Assembly (NCBI RefSeq): GCF_000150275.1
Contig: NW_002060945.1
Span: forward strand, 3,433,172 to 3,497,171
Source of the DNA: Trichoplax adhaerens
Taxonomy: Eukaryota; Animalia; Placozoa
Length of the DNA stretch: 64,000 nucleotides
Direction: 5' to 3'
The position numbers were made by a program, and so were the translations under genes. Below are positions 25,601 through 39,887 of this stretch, in pieces. The notes beneath the pieces are model-generated. The model had not been told where the DNA came from. It saw only the letters and a list, made by a program, of their open reading frames with translations, and did no database searches. The number at the start of each line of letters is the position of its first letter. Positions within the stretch are counted from its first letter, which is position 1.

Positions 25601-28600
25601 CTTAGAAAAATGCGATCGAAATCGTAGATTTTGTACTACATATTTTAATAAAAGATAGAAACGAACGATTTTACAAGTTCAGTCCACGATTTAAATCATC
25701 TACCTAATGATTTCTCTTATGGTGCATTTTATTTTGATTTAGAATCAACATAACAGCGATAATAAATCATCAGCATCATCATTAAAAAATCAAGAAAATG
25801 AAACACTACCACAACCTATCGATCAAGATATAAAAATTAAGGAAGAATTTACAGCTCAAGCTAACGTCGGTAAGTCCGAGTACTATATCAGTTGAATATT
25901 CTAACATGTCCAAATCAGTGAAAAAGAGTTGCAATTTTAATTTTGTTTACCTCTTAATCGTTTCTTTCTTTTAACCGAATACATTCATTTAATATTTTTA
26001 ATTTGATTTAGTTTGTAGTCAACTTAAAGCTATCTTTATATTAATGACCGAAGAACGAGAGAAATTAAAAACGGTATAGAAGAGTATAATTTAATGGGTG
26101 ACAATCTATTTATACAATAGATGTTAATTTTTTAACATGTTTACAGTATGCTAGCTATACTTCGATTGAATGATAAATAATGACCATAATTACTAGTAGA
26201 TCATAGCAATAAGTATACACCAGTCAATTTTGAGTTATTTTTATAACAAAATATATTCTGTTTATAATCCTATTAGACCATCGCTGAACAACCAGACAAT
26301 ACTGTAGCTGCTTATCAAGCTCATATAAAATCGTTACGAAATGCTCTTAACCAAGTAAGCTTGCCGATATAGTCCAGAGTTTGAATGAAATACTTGCATA
26401 TGAATACAGCTATTTATAAATCTCTTTCTTACGATTAGAATATTACATTTAACGGATAATCTCTTACATGATTGCAATCGGCATGATAACGAGACAACCG
26501 TGTTAAAATGTTAATAATTATTCATCCGACTCGATAGGCAGTAGCTCACAATGAAGATTTACGGCATAGATTATTGCAGATACAATTATTAACCGAATTT
26601 GGCGGTAGAAGTAGTTCTTCTGAAGGTCATCTGCATTTGGTAAAATGACTTATGTTATGACCTTAAATATGATAAAAAGAAATGATCAATTTAAAAAGAA
26701 TTTTTTATCTGATTACCTTGTGATATTTTATTGTACAATTATATAAATTTGATCAGAAACCCTCTGTTTCAACCGCCTCAGTCCTATCAGACTCTGCTAC
26801 GCTATTTTATGATGCAGAACAGGTTAGAAATTGAATGATTAAATTCAAGTCCTAGTGTTTTCCTTTCCTCTACAACTCTATATTTGAAAACAGTAAAGAT
26901 GATATCGTAACGATAGCAATGATCGATTACTTTTTATAATTATTTAGGGATTTCTCTCGGAAAATGGGTCCTCAGATATCGATGTACGTAATATTTAGTA
27001 ACTAAACAATACGAATTCTTATTGTACAACATAAACGGATTTGTGCTTTGCTTCTTGTATTTCTAGGATTCTGATATTGAAAGTAGTCCATGCGATTCCG
27101 ATGATACCTCCGATTCTGAAGATGTTATACAAGGTATCGCACCCTTAGCACTGTTTTATGTATTACTAGATTTAGATTTAAATTATAATTATATATGGGT
27201 TACAGTGCCATATTTGTACTTATGTTTGAAAGTTCCATCCAAGAGTTTATTTAAATCGGTTAATAATGGTGCTATGAATTAAATATGGCTAGAGTGCATC
27301 TTAACTTCTATTGTTTCTGATTCTGTACCATTATAAATTTGATACATAATATATATATATATTATAACCATCCTTAGAATCTAATATATTAAGCATATTA
27401 CAAGATGTAAGAGTAGAATTTAGGACTCTTAGGTCGAGAATAATACAAAGCATAACGAGCCGTTGTGTGTTAACGGTCGTGTCTAAAAAGATACTACGTC
27501 TTTTAAGCTCGGTACTAACCATTATTCTTTTAATTTAGGTATTCCAGATGATACCTTTCAGCGACGATGTATATTACCAGCATTTAAAAATCCGAGGAAC
27601 GATATTAGTATATTTGGGTTATTAAGTAAAAATATTGGCAAAGATCTTTCTAAAATATCCATGCCAGTCAGCATGAATGAACCATTAAGTGCACTGCAGG
27701 TATATTAAATACTGCTAACTTTAATTATTAACCTTATTCTTGTTGAATTTCGTTCATAATCTATTTTATTAAGCTAAATTTAATTCGATCTTTTACATTT
27801 TAGTATCGTATCAATTGCTTTATTTGTAATCTTTTTAGTCTGATTCTGATTCTATAACGATTTCGCTAAATAAAATTTAACCCGCTTCTTCAGCGTCAGT
27901 GTGAAGAACTTGAATACAGTGATCTTCTAGATAAAGCTGCAATGACTGACGATGTTGTAGAACGAATGGTAACTATTAAATTATAGGATCATCTTTCATC
28001 GTAAATATCTATATTGCTTTACAAGCTATCAAGCACAAAAGATAAGAATCGGAGGGTAAAGCTATTTTATTATTTTTCGAATATAGGCTTATGTTGCTGC
28101 ATTTGCTGTTTCTGCGTACAATAACAGCCATTACCGAGCAGGTAATTCACTTAATACTGTACTGGTACAAGACATTATAGATGCACTATACATACCTTTA
28201 TTGATTTTGGAAATGGTGTAAAGAAAATTTAATTAAATTGCATGCTTATCTAGCCTACTTTCTAATACGATCTTTAGGTCAAAAGCCTTTTAACCCAATA
28301 TTAGGTGAAACTTACGAAACAATTCGAGGAGATCGTGGATTTAACTTTATTGCTGAACAGGTTACAAATAATTATTAAAGCAACTATTTCGGCATAAGAT
28401 TGAAAAAATTGTAAATAAAAGAGTAAACTATAATTATATCCGAATTGTATCTTCAGGTTAGCCATCATCCACCCATTTCAGCATGTCATGCCGATTCTGA
28501 AAGATGGAAATTCTGGCAAGGTATGAGTCTGAATTTTATTAACTATGATAATTCATCGACACAATATATAATGGATTAAATATTCAGAAATATTTTATTT

Positions 28601-30101
28601 TCCACTTTAGATACACGTTTAAAAAATAGGTTTTGGGGTAAATCTTTAGAGATTTTTCCAGTAGGATCCGTAAACCTTACTATTCATAAGTATGTGTAAT
28701 GTTACTCGCGCCAATTATCGCATTATTAAAATGATGCTTTATTTCAAAAAATTCCAGCTAAAGTATTTTATAGTATATAATCGAAATAACTTTATTACAT
28801 TCATTGTCCAGATATAATGAGAGTTATAAATGGAATAAAGTAACAGCTTGCGTACACAGCATTCTTCGTGGCCAACGCTGGATCGAATATTATGGAGATA
28901 TGATTATAAAAAATTCTGTTAATCGATTAACTTGCAAGTTAACGTTCAACAAGGTATTTATCTAAAACAACATTTACCGATCTCATTGAAGCTGTAAGAT
29001 TTGTTTATTTCTAAAAACGTTTTTAATTCTTAGATATTAATTTGGTAAACCTAATTGTTTAAATGGAAATATTCTTCTATAGGGCGGATCTTTTAATAAC
29101 AAGAAATGTGATGTGAAAGGACAAATTCTGGATAGCAATGGAAAAACCATACAAACGCTTTTTGGTAAATGGAATGAAGGTCTATACTTAGGCCAACCTT
29201 CATCAGCAATCTGCCTATGGAGGCCAGGTATGTAGCTTAGGGGATGCGATATGATTTTACTGTTGAATTATTTAATCAAAACTAATATAGTACAGTAAGG
29301 TGTCTTCTTTATCAAGTTATATTCCCGTCGTCTATAATTGCAAGATAGTTAGAGTCACGTTCTCATAACTTTACGAGTTACTCACAGCATTAGGCAGCTT
29401 TCCTAAATGAAGCTTCAAATTTACTTTAATTAATAGGAATTATGCCTCCAAACTATGAAAATTACTATGGATTTACGAAATTTGCTATGGAACTAAATGA
29501 AATCGAGCCAGATCATCCAGAAATTTTGCCTTCTACCGACTCAAGATTTCGAACTGATCAGAGGTATACAAAAAAGTTCCGCAAGTTATGGATATTAAAT
29601 AGAGCTGACACATCATAAAGTGAAAAGCTTATGATTATATTTAATTACTAACTGATGGTTCGTAATATAGATATTTAGAGGAAGGAAATTTAGCTGCAGC
29701 GGAGACTCACAAACTGCGAATAGAAGAAGTAATATAATTAATCTAGCATTACTGAAATAAAATGATAAAACTGATAAGCTTAAGCTTACTGTCTAATCTT
29801 AATCTTTTAAACACACTTTTGTTTCTGCAGCTACAGAGGAAAGCTCGCAAAGCTCGAGAGGCAGCTGGACATAAATGGACCCCTCGATTTTTTGAGTAAG
29901 AATATTTACTGGAGTACATTCAATAATAAATAGGAAAATATTTAACTATGAATAGAGAATAAAAGTTAGAATAACATTGATCAATATGATATTTATTTAA
30001 TTATTAGGAAAACAAGTGAAGGAAACTGGATTTTCAAAGATAATTACTGGAAATTAAGGGAAGAGAAATTTTCCACAATGTCTCATCCTCAGCTGTGGTG
30101 A
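16624..30101 (+). CDS. Oxysterol-binding protein-related protein, ORP3/6/7 subfamily (PH, FFAT, ORD); multi-exon, 5' exons uncertain
   Basis: PH start [15 protein letters not shown]|RFF (exon 19984-20199, next exon ~21978). FFAT-like LFYDAEQ (~26800). ORD motifs [34 protein letters not shown]|VSHHPP and LPSTDSRFR. Ends PQLW* at 30101. The start at 16624 is a candidate first exon only. Confidence 0.92.
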
Positions 30102-32091
30102 TAATTATGGATAATTACTTAGTCAGAAGTTTTAATAAAGTTAGAGATTTGTAAAATGCTAACCCTTAGTCAATCATGGATATCGCAAGTTTCTGGATAA
30201 CATCTTACCTTAAAAAAGTTATTATTTATAAAAAGTTGTTAGCTACATGGCATGCGCCTACGCTGTTCCGCCCTCTGTGGCTATATTGATAGCTATTTCA
30301 AGGATGACAATTTCTACCATTACAGTAGTTGATTAAATAAATTTTTTGGTAAAGCGTAGAGCTTATTTCTGTGCACGCTACTGCTACTAATACCAATTGA
30401 TTTGCCCATACGCTAATTAAAAGTATTGGAAGTAGAAATTCTGCCAAAATCTGTTATTTCATCATGCATACCTCGTATTAATTATATTAATTGCTTGTAT
30501 GAACAAAAATTATACTATGCATCAGTTATACTGAGCAATGAGCGGTTGCTCGTAAAAATTTCTGTCAATGGTTCTTATATATCAACCCTAATACTTTGTA
30601 TTTATGAAAATATTTATAATGCTTTGAACGTGACTGTACTTATTTATCAAAATTTCGTTCATTTTATGGCCTTTAAATATCATTCAAATACAGTTAAGAG
30701 TATCACCTTTTGTAGCTGCCTTTTTCTATAATTCTACTTTAAGAGATGGTTAGAATGATAGATAATATGTGATCAATTTTATAATTTAAATCATTTCTAT
30801 CTATTACCCTGACCTGAATTTGAATAATTAGATAATGGATTCCTGCAAGATCGTTATCAGTATTGATGACTAGTTATAATATTAAATTAAGTATTGATTC
30901 TACTACTAACCTATTCTATACATTATAAATTACAGATTTCTAATCAATTTATAGTAACATATAAGCAGAATAAAGTATTCATTTAGTGTCAATAAATATA
31001 AAAGGGTAGATAGTGTAATATAAGAAAAATTGTTGCCACTATAAGTTAAACGTCGTAGAATACTGCTGAGCTATCGCTAGTGTCTTGATAAAAACTATCT
31101 CCGTTGCTATTTATATATATATATTGAATATCTAACCACTTCCTTGTCAACTCATTCTCCAGGTATCTACATACAAACTAATATCCATCTATATATCATG
31201 AAATGACTAATTATGTGTTAAACATTTTGTTGCTAACCCTTTAAATGTAAGTGTGGAACAGGCGTGACTAAAATACAGAAATGGCTATGACTATGAGTAC
31301 AGCTATCGTTCTGATAGTTCAATTTATAATTTTTAAATGCTTCCATATGATTATTAGTCATTCAAAATCATGATAAAATTCCTGATTCTTATTCTGATGC
31401 AATGTTAACTTGATCATCATATTATTTGCACTTTAATATGGAGATTCCGTATAGTGGACTTGTAAATGATAAAATAGTATTTACTCAAGAATCAAGAATT
31501 ATTATACTGTTATCCATTCTACATGGATAAAGAATTGTAATAAATATGTAGTCGCGTAATCGAATAAGATACCATCATTTGCAATTGGAGCATTATATTC
31601 GATTAAATGTTAGAAGCTCTAACGACCAGCATAAAAGACACTGCTTACATGCAATAAAGTAATTGCTACATACTCCCTTTACAATATGGCTGTTAGATTT
31701 TTATAATGATTTTATTTTGTGAAGCTCGAATGAAGCAGACTAATTTCAAAAGGCAAAGTTATATAAATTTTATTACAAGTGCTAGCAGACAACAAAAATC
31801 TATTAGTCATACAGTATGTAATAATATCTCAATTTAATTGAGATTAAGTTTAATAAATTTGGAAGTAGTGTACTGTACACGATGAGTGATTGTGCTATTA
31901 AAATCAGATAAATGAATCCACATATTTGAGAGTTGCCAGTAATTATAATTTACCGATGACGGTCTATGTGTATTACCAGGAATTTAATAAAAGCTATGCC
32001 CAATCTCTACCGTACTGTGCGATAAAAAAATTACCGGATCTACTGCTTGTGGTTACAAGGAGCATAAATATTTAATTTTATCTTGCTTCGT

Positions 32092-33450
32092 TTACTCCTG
32101 GTTCTTTTCAGATTGAACGACCATTGACAGATGACCATTAATTGCACATAGCGGGTCACTAGAAAATGCAGGATGGCTGAGTACTTGCGAAAAAATCTCC
32201 TTTTCACGGGCTCTAGAGAAATGATAATACATAACACCAACGTTTAACAGGATTTCATGTATAATTATTGCAGCTATGGCAACAATTTCTTTTTTTTAGT
32301 ATATTACTATATACAGGTAATATGTAAGAGAAGAAATTCTTTCTTTTAAAACTATTTACATACAATCCTCTTTGTCTCTGTTTCCTTTTCATTTTATGAA
32401 GTGGTTTGCTAGTTTTTTCATCTTTACTCCTGCGTTGGTTTTGACAGAAACCAAAGGAAAATAAGCATTAGAAACGATAATTCAATTCCTCAAACTTACT
32501 TCTTAAAAAGGAGCCTAATATCATCGTTTGCTAATTAACTATTAACATGCCTATACGATTAAATATCGTATCTTGCAGCGTACTACATTTGTTTGAGTAG
32601 GCCTAAGGTACAGTATATCCAACATTCATAATGATCATCACTATTTTCTGGTGTTTAAACTGTGCTATCCAATACTTGGCAAACAAGTAATCTTTCATCA
32701 ACATGGCGATGAATGGTCTGTGTACTAACTTGGGTATATTCTGACTTTCTCGAATTAATTCCTCCAACGTTGGTAATGCCATCTGTAACGGTTGTAAATC
32801 ACCAACAACAGGAGTTTTCCTTCTTTTAGCAGCCTGGATGTCTTCTTTTCTGGTTGTATAATATGCTTCGATGCCTAATTATTAAGAAATAGTGGATTAC
32901 TTCAAGAGAAACTTAACTACTTGAATATGTAATTGCGTAGGTCTTATTGGTTTCTAATTTGTATAAGGTATACGTACGCATATGCAGATAATTTACATAT
33001 AAGCTATCACATGATATCTATATCGATTCAATCTCTTACTTTGGTTGTATTGAATTACATTGCAGATTATTAGAAGAGACATGGCGCAGTCTTGCAGTAA
33101 CTTTTGCGCTAGTAGCTTTCTAATAATTGTCTGCACATACTGTTATACGCGTATATCCTTAGATGCATGAAAGTATTACAGAAGTTGTAAGCTAAACTGA
33201 AATGATTGCAATACTTACGCCTGGCCCAATTTTCTTTCTTGATCTGCCTTTTCTCTTTTTTAGTCAAATTATTCACCGACATCCGTGAGGTCGTAGAATA
33301 GATGGTACTTAATTTATCGCTTTCATGATCATCTTCCACATCCATAACCGGGTTTAATTCTTCACTTCCTTCTCCATCTTGAAGATTGTCTGCAATGGTA
33401 GACTTGATGGTTCGATTTATACGCTTGGTTCTTTTTCTGAACTTTCCCAT
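32092..33450 (-). CDS. SLX9: Ribosome biogenesis protein SLX9 homolog (FAM207A), 4 exons
   Basis: MGKFRKR start, LTKKEKRQIKKENW, KRRKTPVVGDLQPLQMALP and C-terminal FSQVLSHPAFSSDPLCAI match the family pattern; canonical splice phases join in frame. Confidence 0.85.
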
Positions 33451-34617
33451 TTCGATCTGCAATAGTACCAAGTTATTTAGGCATTGCCTGAGGTTGAAAT
33501 AATGCAAAACAAAAAGGAAACTATTGCTTAGATTGCACGATTTCCCTTTAGTCGAAATCGTGGACAGTATACAGGACCCAAGGACACTGAGGATAGGACT
33601 ACGCTAATGTACAATTTCCCATACAGTTGCTTATAGACTCACTAATAACAGTACAGTACTGTTTTACTACGTACTGTAGTTGACGGATCTTATACTGTAC
33701 TGTCCATACAGAACAGTATAAGATCTAGAAGTGTACAGTGTACAGTGTATAGTATTGTACCGCACATGCTACCATCCGGCAGATAAGCTGTTTAATAATA
33801 ATTAATTATTATCATTATTATAATTAGTTAATTAATTAGGGTAGCAATGGAATGGCAGCCAAGAGGATAGCAAATTCCTCAATGGAATGTAGTATGCATC
33901 ATTAGCCGTTTTTAAATCTATAATTATCCAACTCGGTATAGCTAGTGAAGTACAGTGGTTATAGCTCTATTTCACCTACATTTGCGGTTAATTTGTTTGC
34001 TTTTAATTAGATTATTTTATTAGGTAACTGAGCGCTTAGAAGCATAAATCGATTTTTTGACATAATATACACTTTTGTAATCAAACTAAATCTTAACATA
34101 GCCATTAAAATTAAGAGCAACAACTAAAGGTAGACTGGTATATATATACAATACAATAAAAGATATCGAAGGAAATGGTGACTTATGATACAGTTATTGA
34201 AATATCATTCATACACTGCATTTACATGTTGCATGTACTCGTATAAGATAACATTTAGATACTGCAACGAATTTTCTGCGCTTTTTTATAAAATAAATCA
34301 ATTTATAAAGTATGCATTTTTTGTTAATGAGATAACAGCGAGAAATTGTAAATCATGCACTCGATAAATCTGTGAATTTTAATGACAGTAAGCGAAGCGA
34401 TGAATAAGAATGTAAACTTTAAAAGCGGAAAAGAATTAATTTGCACGGTTATCTATTTGCAGGCGTATTACGCAAGACAATATCAGCTAAACGCTATATG
34501 AATAGTCTGAAAATTTTAAGAATTGAAAACATAGAAGATATCAGTAATTTAAGGAAATAAAAATCAATCCATTTAGCAAAATTTAGAGTCCAATTATTTC
34601 AATCAAGGGAACGGCGA

Positions 34618-37600
34618 TTAATCATTTTCTAAGCATTTGGAAGAAACCCAGGCAAGAGCCCACTTCAAATTTGTTAACATAAATTTCAACGCCTTTGTCC
34701 AGCGTTCCTCAGAATTAAATTGTGTCCTAAATTAGCAAACATGTCCACGTAAAGCATTAAATAACCCTTAAGATTTTCTGTCCTAAAACTAATCTGTTCA
34801 TCGTATCAAGCAGTCAATCAATTAGTCAATTAGCTATTTACTTAATTGAGTAAGATCCTCCAGATCCACTAGAATCTTCAATTTTTCCCTTAGACATTCT
34901 ACAAAATAGAGATTGTTTCTTGTATTTACCCGTTTTTAACTTTATATAGGACACACTGAAAACATATCGACTTTTAATAATATGGCTACGATATTTTTTA
35001 CTTGTAAGGCAAGCTAAATCCAGAGTCATGTTTTTCTACTTCTTCTTTAAACTGTAATACATTGCAGGAATGGATAAATCAAATAAAAGTACCCGTTGAG
35101 GCCGAGAGATTCTTAACAAGTAGCCTTAGAGTAATTTATTATCGATTGGACTAAACTTCTAAGCAAATTTCATTACTGTGCAGTACCTGTTGTAAGCAGT
35201 CTAGGAAGGCCACCATTGCTAGATCAAATCTAATTAGTTCCAGAAAAATAATTAGAGTATTGATAGCAATGCCGCATCTATTTAATGAATTGTGATCAAT
35301 ATACAAGTTATGACAATAGAGATACTCACTTTGAATTCCATAAATATCGAATTCCTCCGTTACAAAACCTACGGGAAAATACCATCGTGACATTACTTTC
35401 ATTTCCTAACTATGTAAGTAGTTAAACCATCTCGATAAGGTAATGCTATTCAAATCTATGGCTAACTAACAGTGTTAATTGTCGCGACTTGTCAGACAAG
35501 GGCTCAATAAAGGAATAACTTCCATAAGGTACCAATCGATACCTATAGAAAAATCAAGTGCAATTTTGTTATACAGGATGTCATTAAGAAAGCGAAAAGT
35601 AGTTACATTTATTAAAGTCTATAACCTTAAGAATGTAAAACCAATTTTCTTTGCTAGGCAGTGTAATAATAATGCCGTCTGACCCCATGCAGCGTTAATT
35701 TCATTCCATTCAACCTTTACAAAATTTGAGAATAAATATAGATTATGTCATAACATAGACAAAAATCAAGTATTTTTAAAGCAGTTATCGTGGTGATGAA
35801 ACCTACCGGTACCGTCGGTAGGCGTCCAAGTCTAAAATTGTTTATTGTGCCAAAATGGCCTCTATGCCTAAAATAAATTTTAAATGAATTAGAATTGAAA
35901 GGCTGAAGTTATTCAAAATTAATCTTGGCACTGTTTTACATTTAAATTTTAATTTAAATTTTAATTTAAATACTAACCATATATGAAACGCGCAGTTAAA
36001 TATATTTGTTCGCTTTAATCTTTCTATTTGTAACTGGGCGTAAATCATTTGGTAATCAACACTACAAAGAAGAAGAAAATTACATCATCGTATTGCATTG
36101 ATATGGCTGGTAAGGTAAAGCTAAACATCAACATACCTTCTATCTTCATTTTCAAATTCAATTCTTCGCTTTTCTAATGAATGGTACTCTAACATGAAAC
36201 TAAGAAAAATGAAATAACTAGATTTTAGCATCCAGAAATCCATTATTGTACAGTATACGTATTTCTAAAATGAATTTTAAGCATTTTCTTCAATGTTGAT
36301 ATACTTTTCTTCTTCTTGATCTAATCGTAACGCCTCTTGTTTTTGTGTTTCTCTTTCCTCTAGCAGACTTTCTCGTTCCTTTTCTCCTTCTTTAAGTTGC
36401 TTTTGCAAGTTTTCTTCTTCCGCTTTTAGCTATATATTATGGAAAACACAACATTCCATTTTAAGACATTAACATCCTTTACCAATTAATGTAGGTCGTT
36501 ATTACTTTTTGTAATTCCGCTTGCAAACTTTCAATATCCTCCTCTCCATCCTTGTCGGAACTATCTAAAAATGCACTAACAAAGCAATAATTCAACGTTT
36601 ACGTAATGAAGTTAACCATAGGTTGATGATTACATGTCGAAACGCTTCAACATTATAATCATCCCAAATAGTGGTGATAGACTTAAAAATATCTACCTGT
36701 AAGTTCTACAATCAACTTCAGCTGCATCTAATTCTTGATCGAGAAAATCTAGTAATAATCCACCACATTCGTCGCATAATGGATGATCAATTTCAGATTG
36801 TGAAGATAGAATATCGAATAGCTTGGCCCGTGACTGTAACATGAATTTATACGAGTATGTCAGTCAACTATGTTAGAAAGTGGAATGGCGTAAGCTTTGA
36901 CATGTTCCAGTGCGTAGTGAGTGCAAATTATGAATCTTACTTTTATTTTATCGTTATAAGATTTAGCTTGGGCTTCAGCAGCTTCAAAATTTGCTTTTTC
37001 TTCTTGGCTACGTCTAGATAAGAGAAATGCAGGAAGGTACTAAAGTGAAAGTATTTAAGTGCTAATAGGGACTGTACTTTCTAAAATGACGAGATTTAGA
37101 AAAGAGCAACAATAGCTACATAACTTGAGCCAATTTTAAAAACTCATTAGTAATTCTATTAGCAATTTAACGTCTATGATAGTGTAATTCTGGAGGTTTA
37201 TCATAATGACAAGATAGTTGGCTGTGATTTTTGATATTATTTAATTATATTGTGCTTCAGTACCTATAAGCAGCGTGTCAAGACAGGTAAGAAGTAATAT
37301 AATAGTAGTTTTACCTGACTACTAAACGATCAACTTCATCCTCTTCATATCTATTAGCCTAAAAGGCAATAATGAAACTGAATCTATCAATACAAACCAA
37401 ACAAATCACCATATATAGTTGAGTTATCCAGTTGAAGGACTGTGTTCAACCCTTCTTGACCTACATGTTCTTTGTCAATTGTTTTATTGCTACTGTTATC
37501 CCCTATAATGGAGTATTCAATTTCGAACGATTAATCGATTCCGTCTTCAATACAACATACTCAATTATTTGACTACAAGTTTTAATATTGCTGAAGCTAA

Positions 37601-38329
37601 ATTGAAGTAGAATGCAAGTATGATGATTCATCCATAGTTAAGTGTTGCAATGGTAGTAACGATTACTCGGTAGCGTCTTCAATACAACATACTCAATTAT
37701 TTGACTACAAGTTTCAATATTGCTGAAGCTAAATTGAAGTAGAATGCAAGTATGATGATTCATCCATAGTTAAGTGTTGCAATGGTAGTAACGATTAATC
37801 GATTACGTCTTCAATACAACGTACTCAATTATTTGACTACAGGTTTCAATATTGCTGAAGCTAAATTGAAGTAGAATGCAAGTATGATGATTCATCCAGA
37901 GTTAAGTGTTGCAATGGTAGATCAGCAGCTAGCGTATATCTATATTATCTACGTATTGGTAATGTAGTGTCTCAGTGGCGTAGTTTTAAAAATTATCAGG
38001 AATGGTAAATCGACTAAGGTCTGGATTGGTCTTCATCATAATCTAATTTCTGTTTCGATCGATAAATAATTGATTGCTACAGCTGCGTTAACGTTGAAGG
38101 ATGGAAAATCAGTTTCTTCACATTGACTCAAAAGGCAACCAAGGACACAAAGTATGTTCAGCATGCAAGCATAGAATTGATCCTATTATATTATACTGTA
38201 ATCTTTTGAGTCCTTACCTTCATCTAATCCATAATCTGTAAAATCTTGGTCAAATGATGGATCTAATCGAACTGGTTGACAACATCGTTGACATACAAAG
38301 CCTACGACTTCACCATTTTTGTCAGCCAT
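34618..38329 (-). CDS. BECN1: Beclin-1 / Atg6, multi-exon
   Basis: N-terminal [29 protein letters not shown], coiled-coil exons, [38 protein letters not shown] and terminal [21 protein letters not shown]. Confidence 0.95.
37527..37919. repeat. 132-bp tandem repeat, three near-identical copies, inside a Beclin-1 intron
   Basis: CGTCTTCAATACAAC recurs at 37542, 37674 and 37806. Confidence 0.95.
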
Positions 38330-38396
38330 ATTTACTACCTGATACTACTGAGCCTGCGTTACTGTACAGTATTTTGGTAGTAAGGGTCTAAGGGAT

Positions 38397-39300
38397 AGTC
38401 GAGTTCTTTATTGCTATCCTGGTCAACCAAGTACAGTACAGTACAGTACAGTACAGTAGGTTTAATAGGTTTAACCTGCTTTGGCAGTACAGTACAGTAC
38501 AGTACTGTACAGAACTCTACAGTGTACTGTACTGTACAGTACTGTACGCTTCTGTACTGTACTGTACATTCAAAAATACTGTAGATTGTAGACTGTAACC
38601 ACCACCAGAGATGACCATAACAAATATGATGTCACTATTAATACTTTATTTTAATAGTATAGTATACTGTATTATGGGCTAACGCGAGTCAAGTTCTTTA
38701 TTGCTATCCTGGTCAACCAAGTACAGTACAGTACAGTACTGTACAGTATAGAACTCTACAGTGCACAGTACGCTGCCGTACCGTACATTCAAAAATACTG
38801 TAGATTGTAGACTGTGACCATTTCCAGAGATGACCATAACAAAAATATAGGGGCATATGGTTAATTTTCCCTAACAAAAATGATGTCATTATTAATACTT
38901 TATTTTAATATATAGTATATTATGAGCTAACGCGAGTCAAGTTCTTTATTGCTATCCTAGTCAACCAAGTACAACTATGATGTCACTATTAATACTTTAT
39001 TTGAATACATAGTATATTATGGGCTAACGCGAGTCAAGTTCTTTATTGCTATCCTGGTCAACCAAGTACAGTACAGTACAGTACAGTACTGTACTGTATA
39101 TGCAGTATACTGTCATACAGTATACCGTACAGTATACAGTAGAACTCTATAGTGCACAGTACGCTGCCGTACCGTACTGTACATTCAAAAATACTGTAGA
39201 TTGTAGACTGTGATCACTTCCAGAGATGACCATAACAAAAATGATGTCACTATTAATACTTTATTTTAATATACTGTATAGTATATTATAGGCTAACGCG
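38397..39300. repeat. Four-copy tandem repeat (about 290, 248, 97 and 269 bp) with variable internal (GTACA)n tracts, between the Beclin-1 start and dapF
   Basis: Units start AGTC(G/A)AGTTCTTTATTGCTATCCT at 38397, 38687, 38935 and 39032 and end GCTAACGCG. Confidence 0.93.
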
Positions 39301-39887
39301 TAAACTAGGCCTTCCACGGCGTTGCTGCTGGTCTCCCTAATACATTATTGATTCTCATTTTGTATATCCGTTATCCAGTATAGCTTGATAGTAACATGAG
39401 CGAAAATATCTACAGTATTGAAAAGTAAAATTACAATAATATTCTACTACTCCATAATTCCAAACGGCTACCGTAAGCTCGGGTGAACATTGTACTGCCT
39501 CCACGCTGCAGTACAGGCAGTAACGACAGAAACACCTCCTACCTCTGACAACGGACTACGAAAGAAAAAGTTGATCCTCCTAAAATCTCAAACCAATCCC
39601 CCTCTAGCTAAATGAAGCCTTCCCTCCACCCCTTTCTCCTTACCAAAAAGAACCAGCTTCATACTGTAGTACCGTAGATCGCTAGCAAACTGTGTACAGC
39701 CTCCTTTGATCGTTTGAGGACAGAGCCTGCCAGTACCTCCCTCATACACTCCAACGTTTGCCCGTCGTACTGCACAGTTACTCATTCAAAATTTAAAGAA
39801 ACTAAATGGATCCACATCAAGCACATTGGATTTTATAATTTGAGGGGAATATTATTATATTATTCATCGACGTAATTAACCAAAGAT

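Noticed and set aside
38397-39300. CRISPR-like appearance (conserved blocks with variable interiors next to a bacterial gene)
   Set aside because: Units are 97-290 bp, the interiors are homologous microsatellite variants rather than unique spacers, and there are no cas genes.
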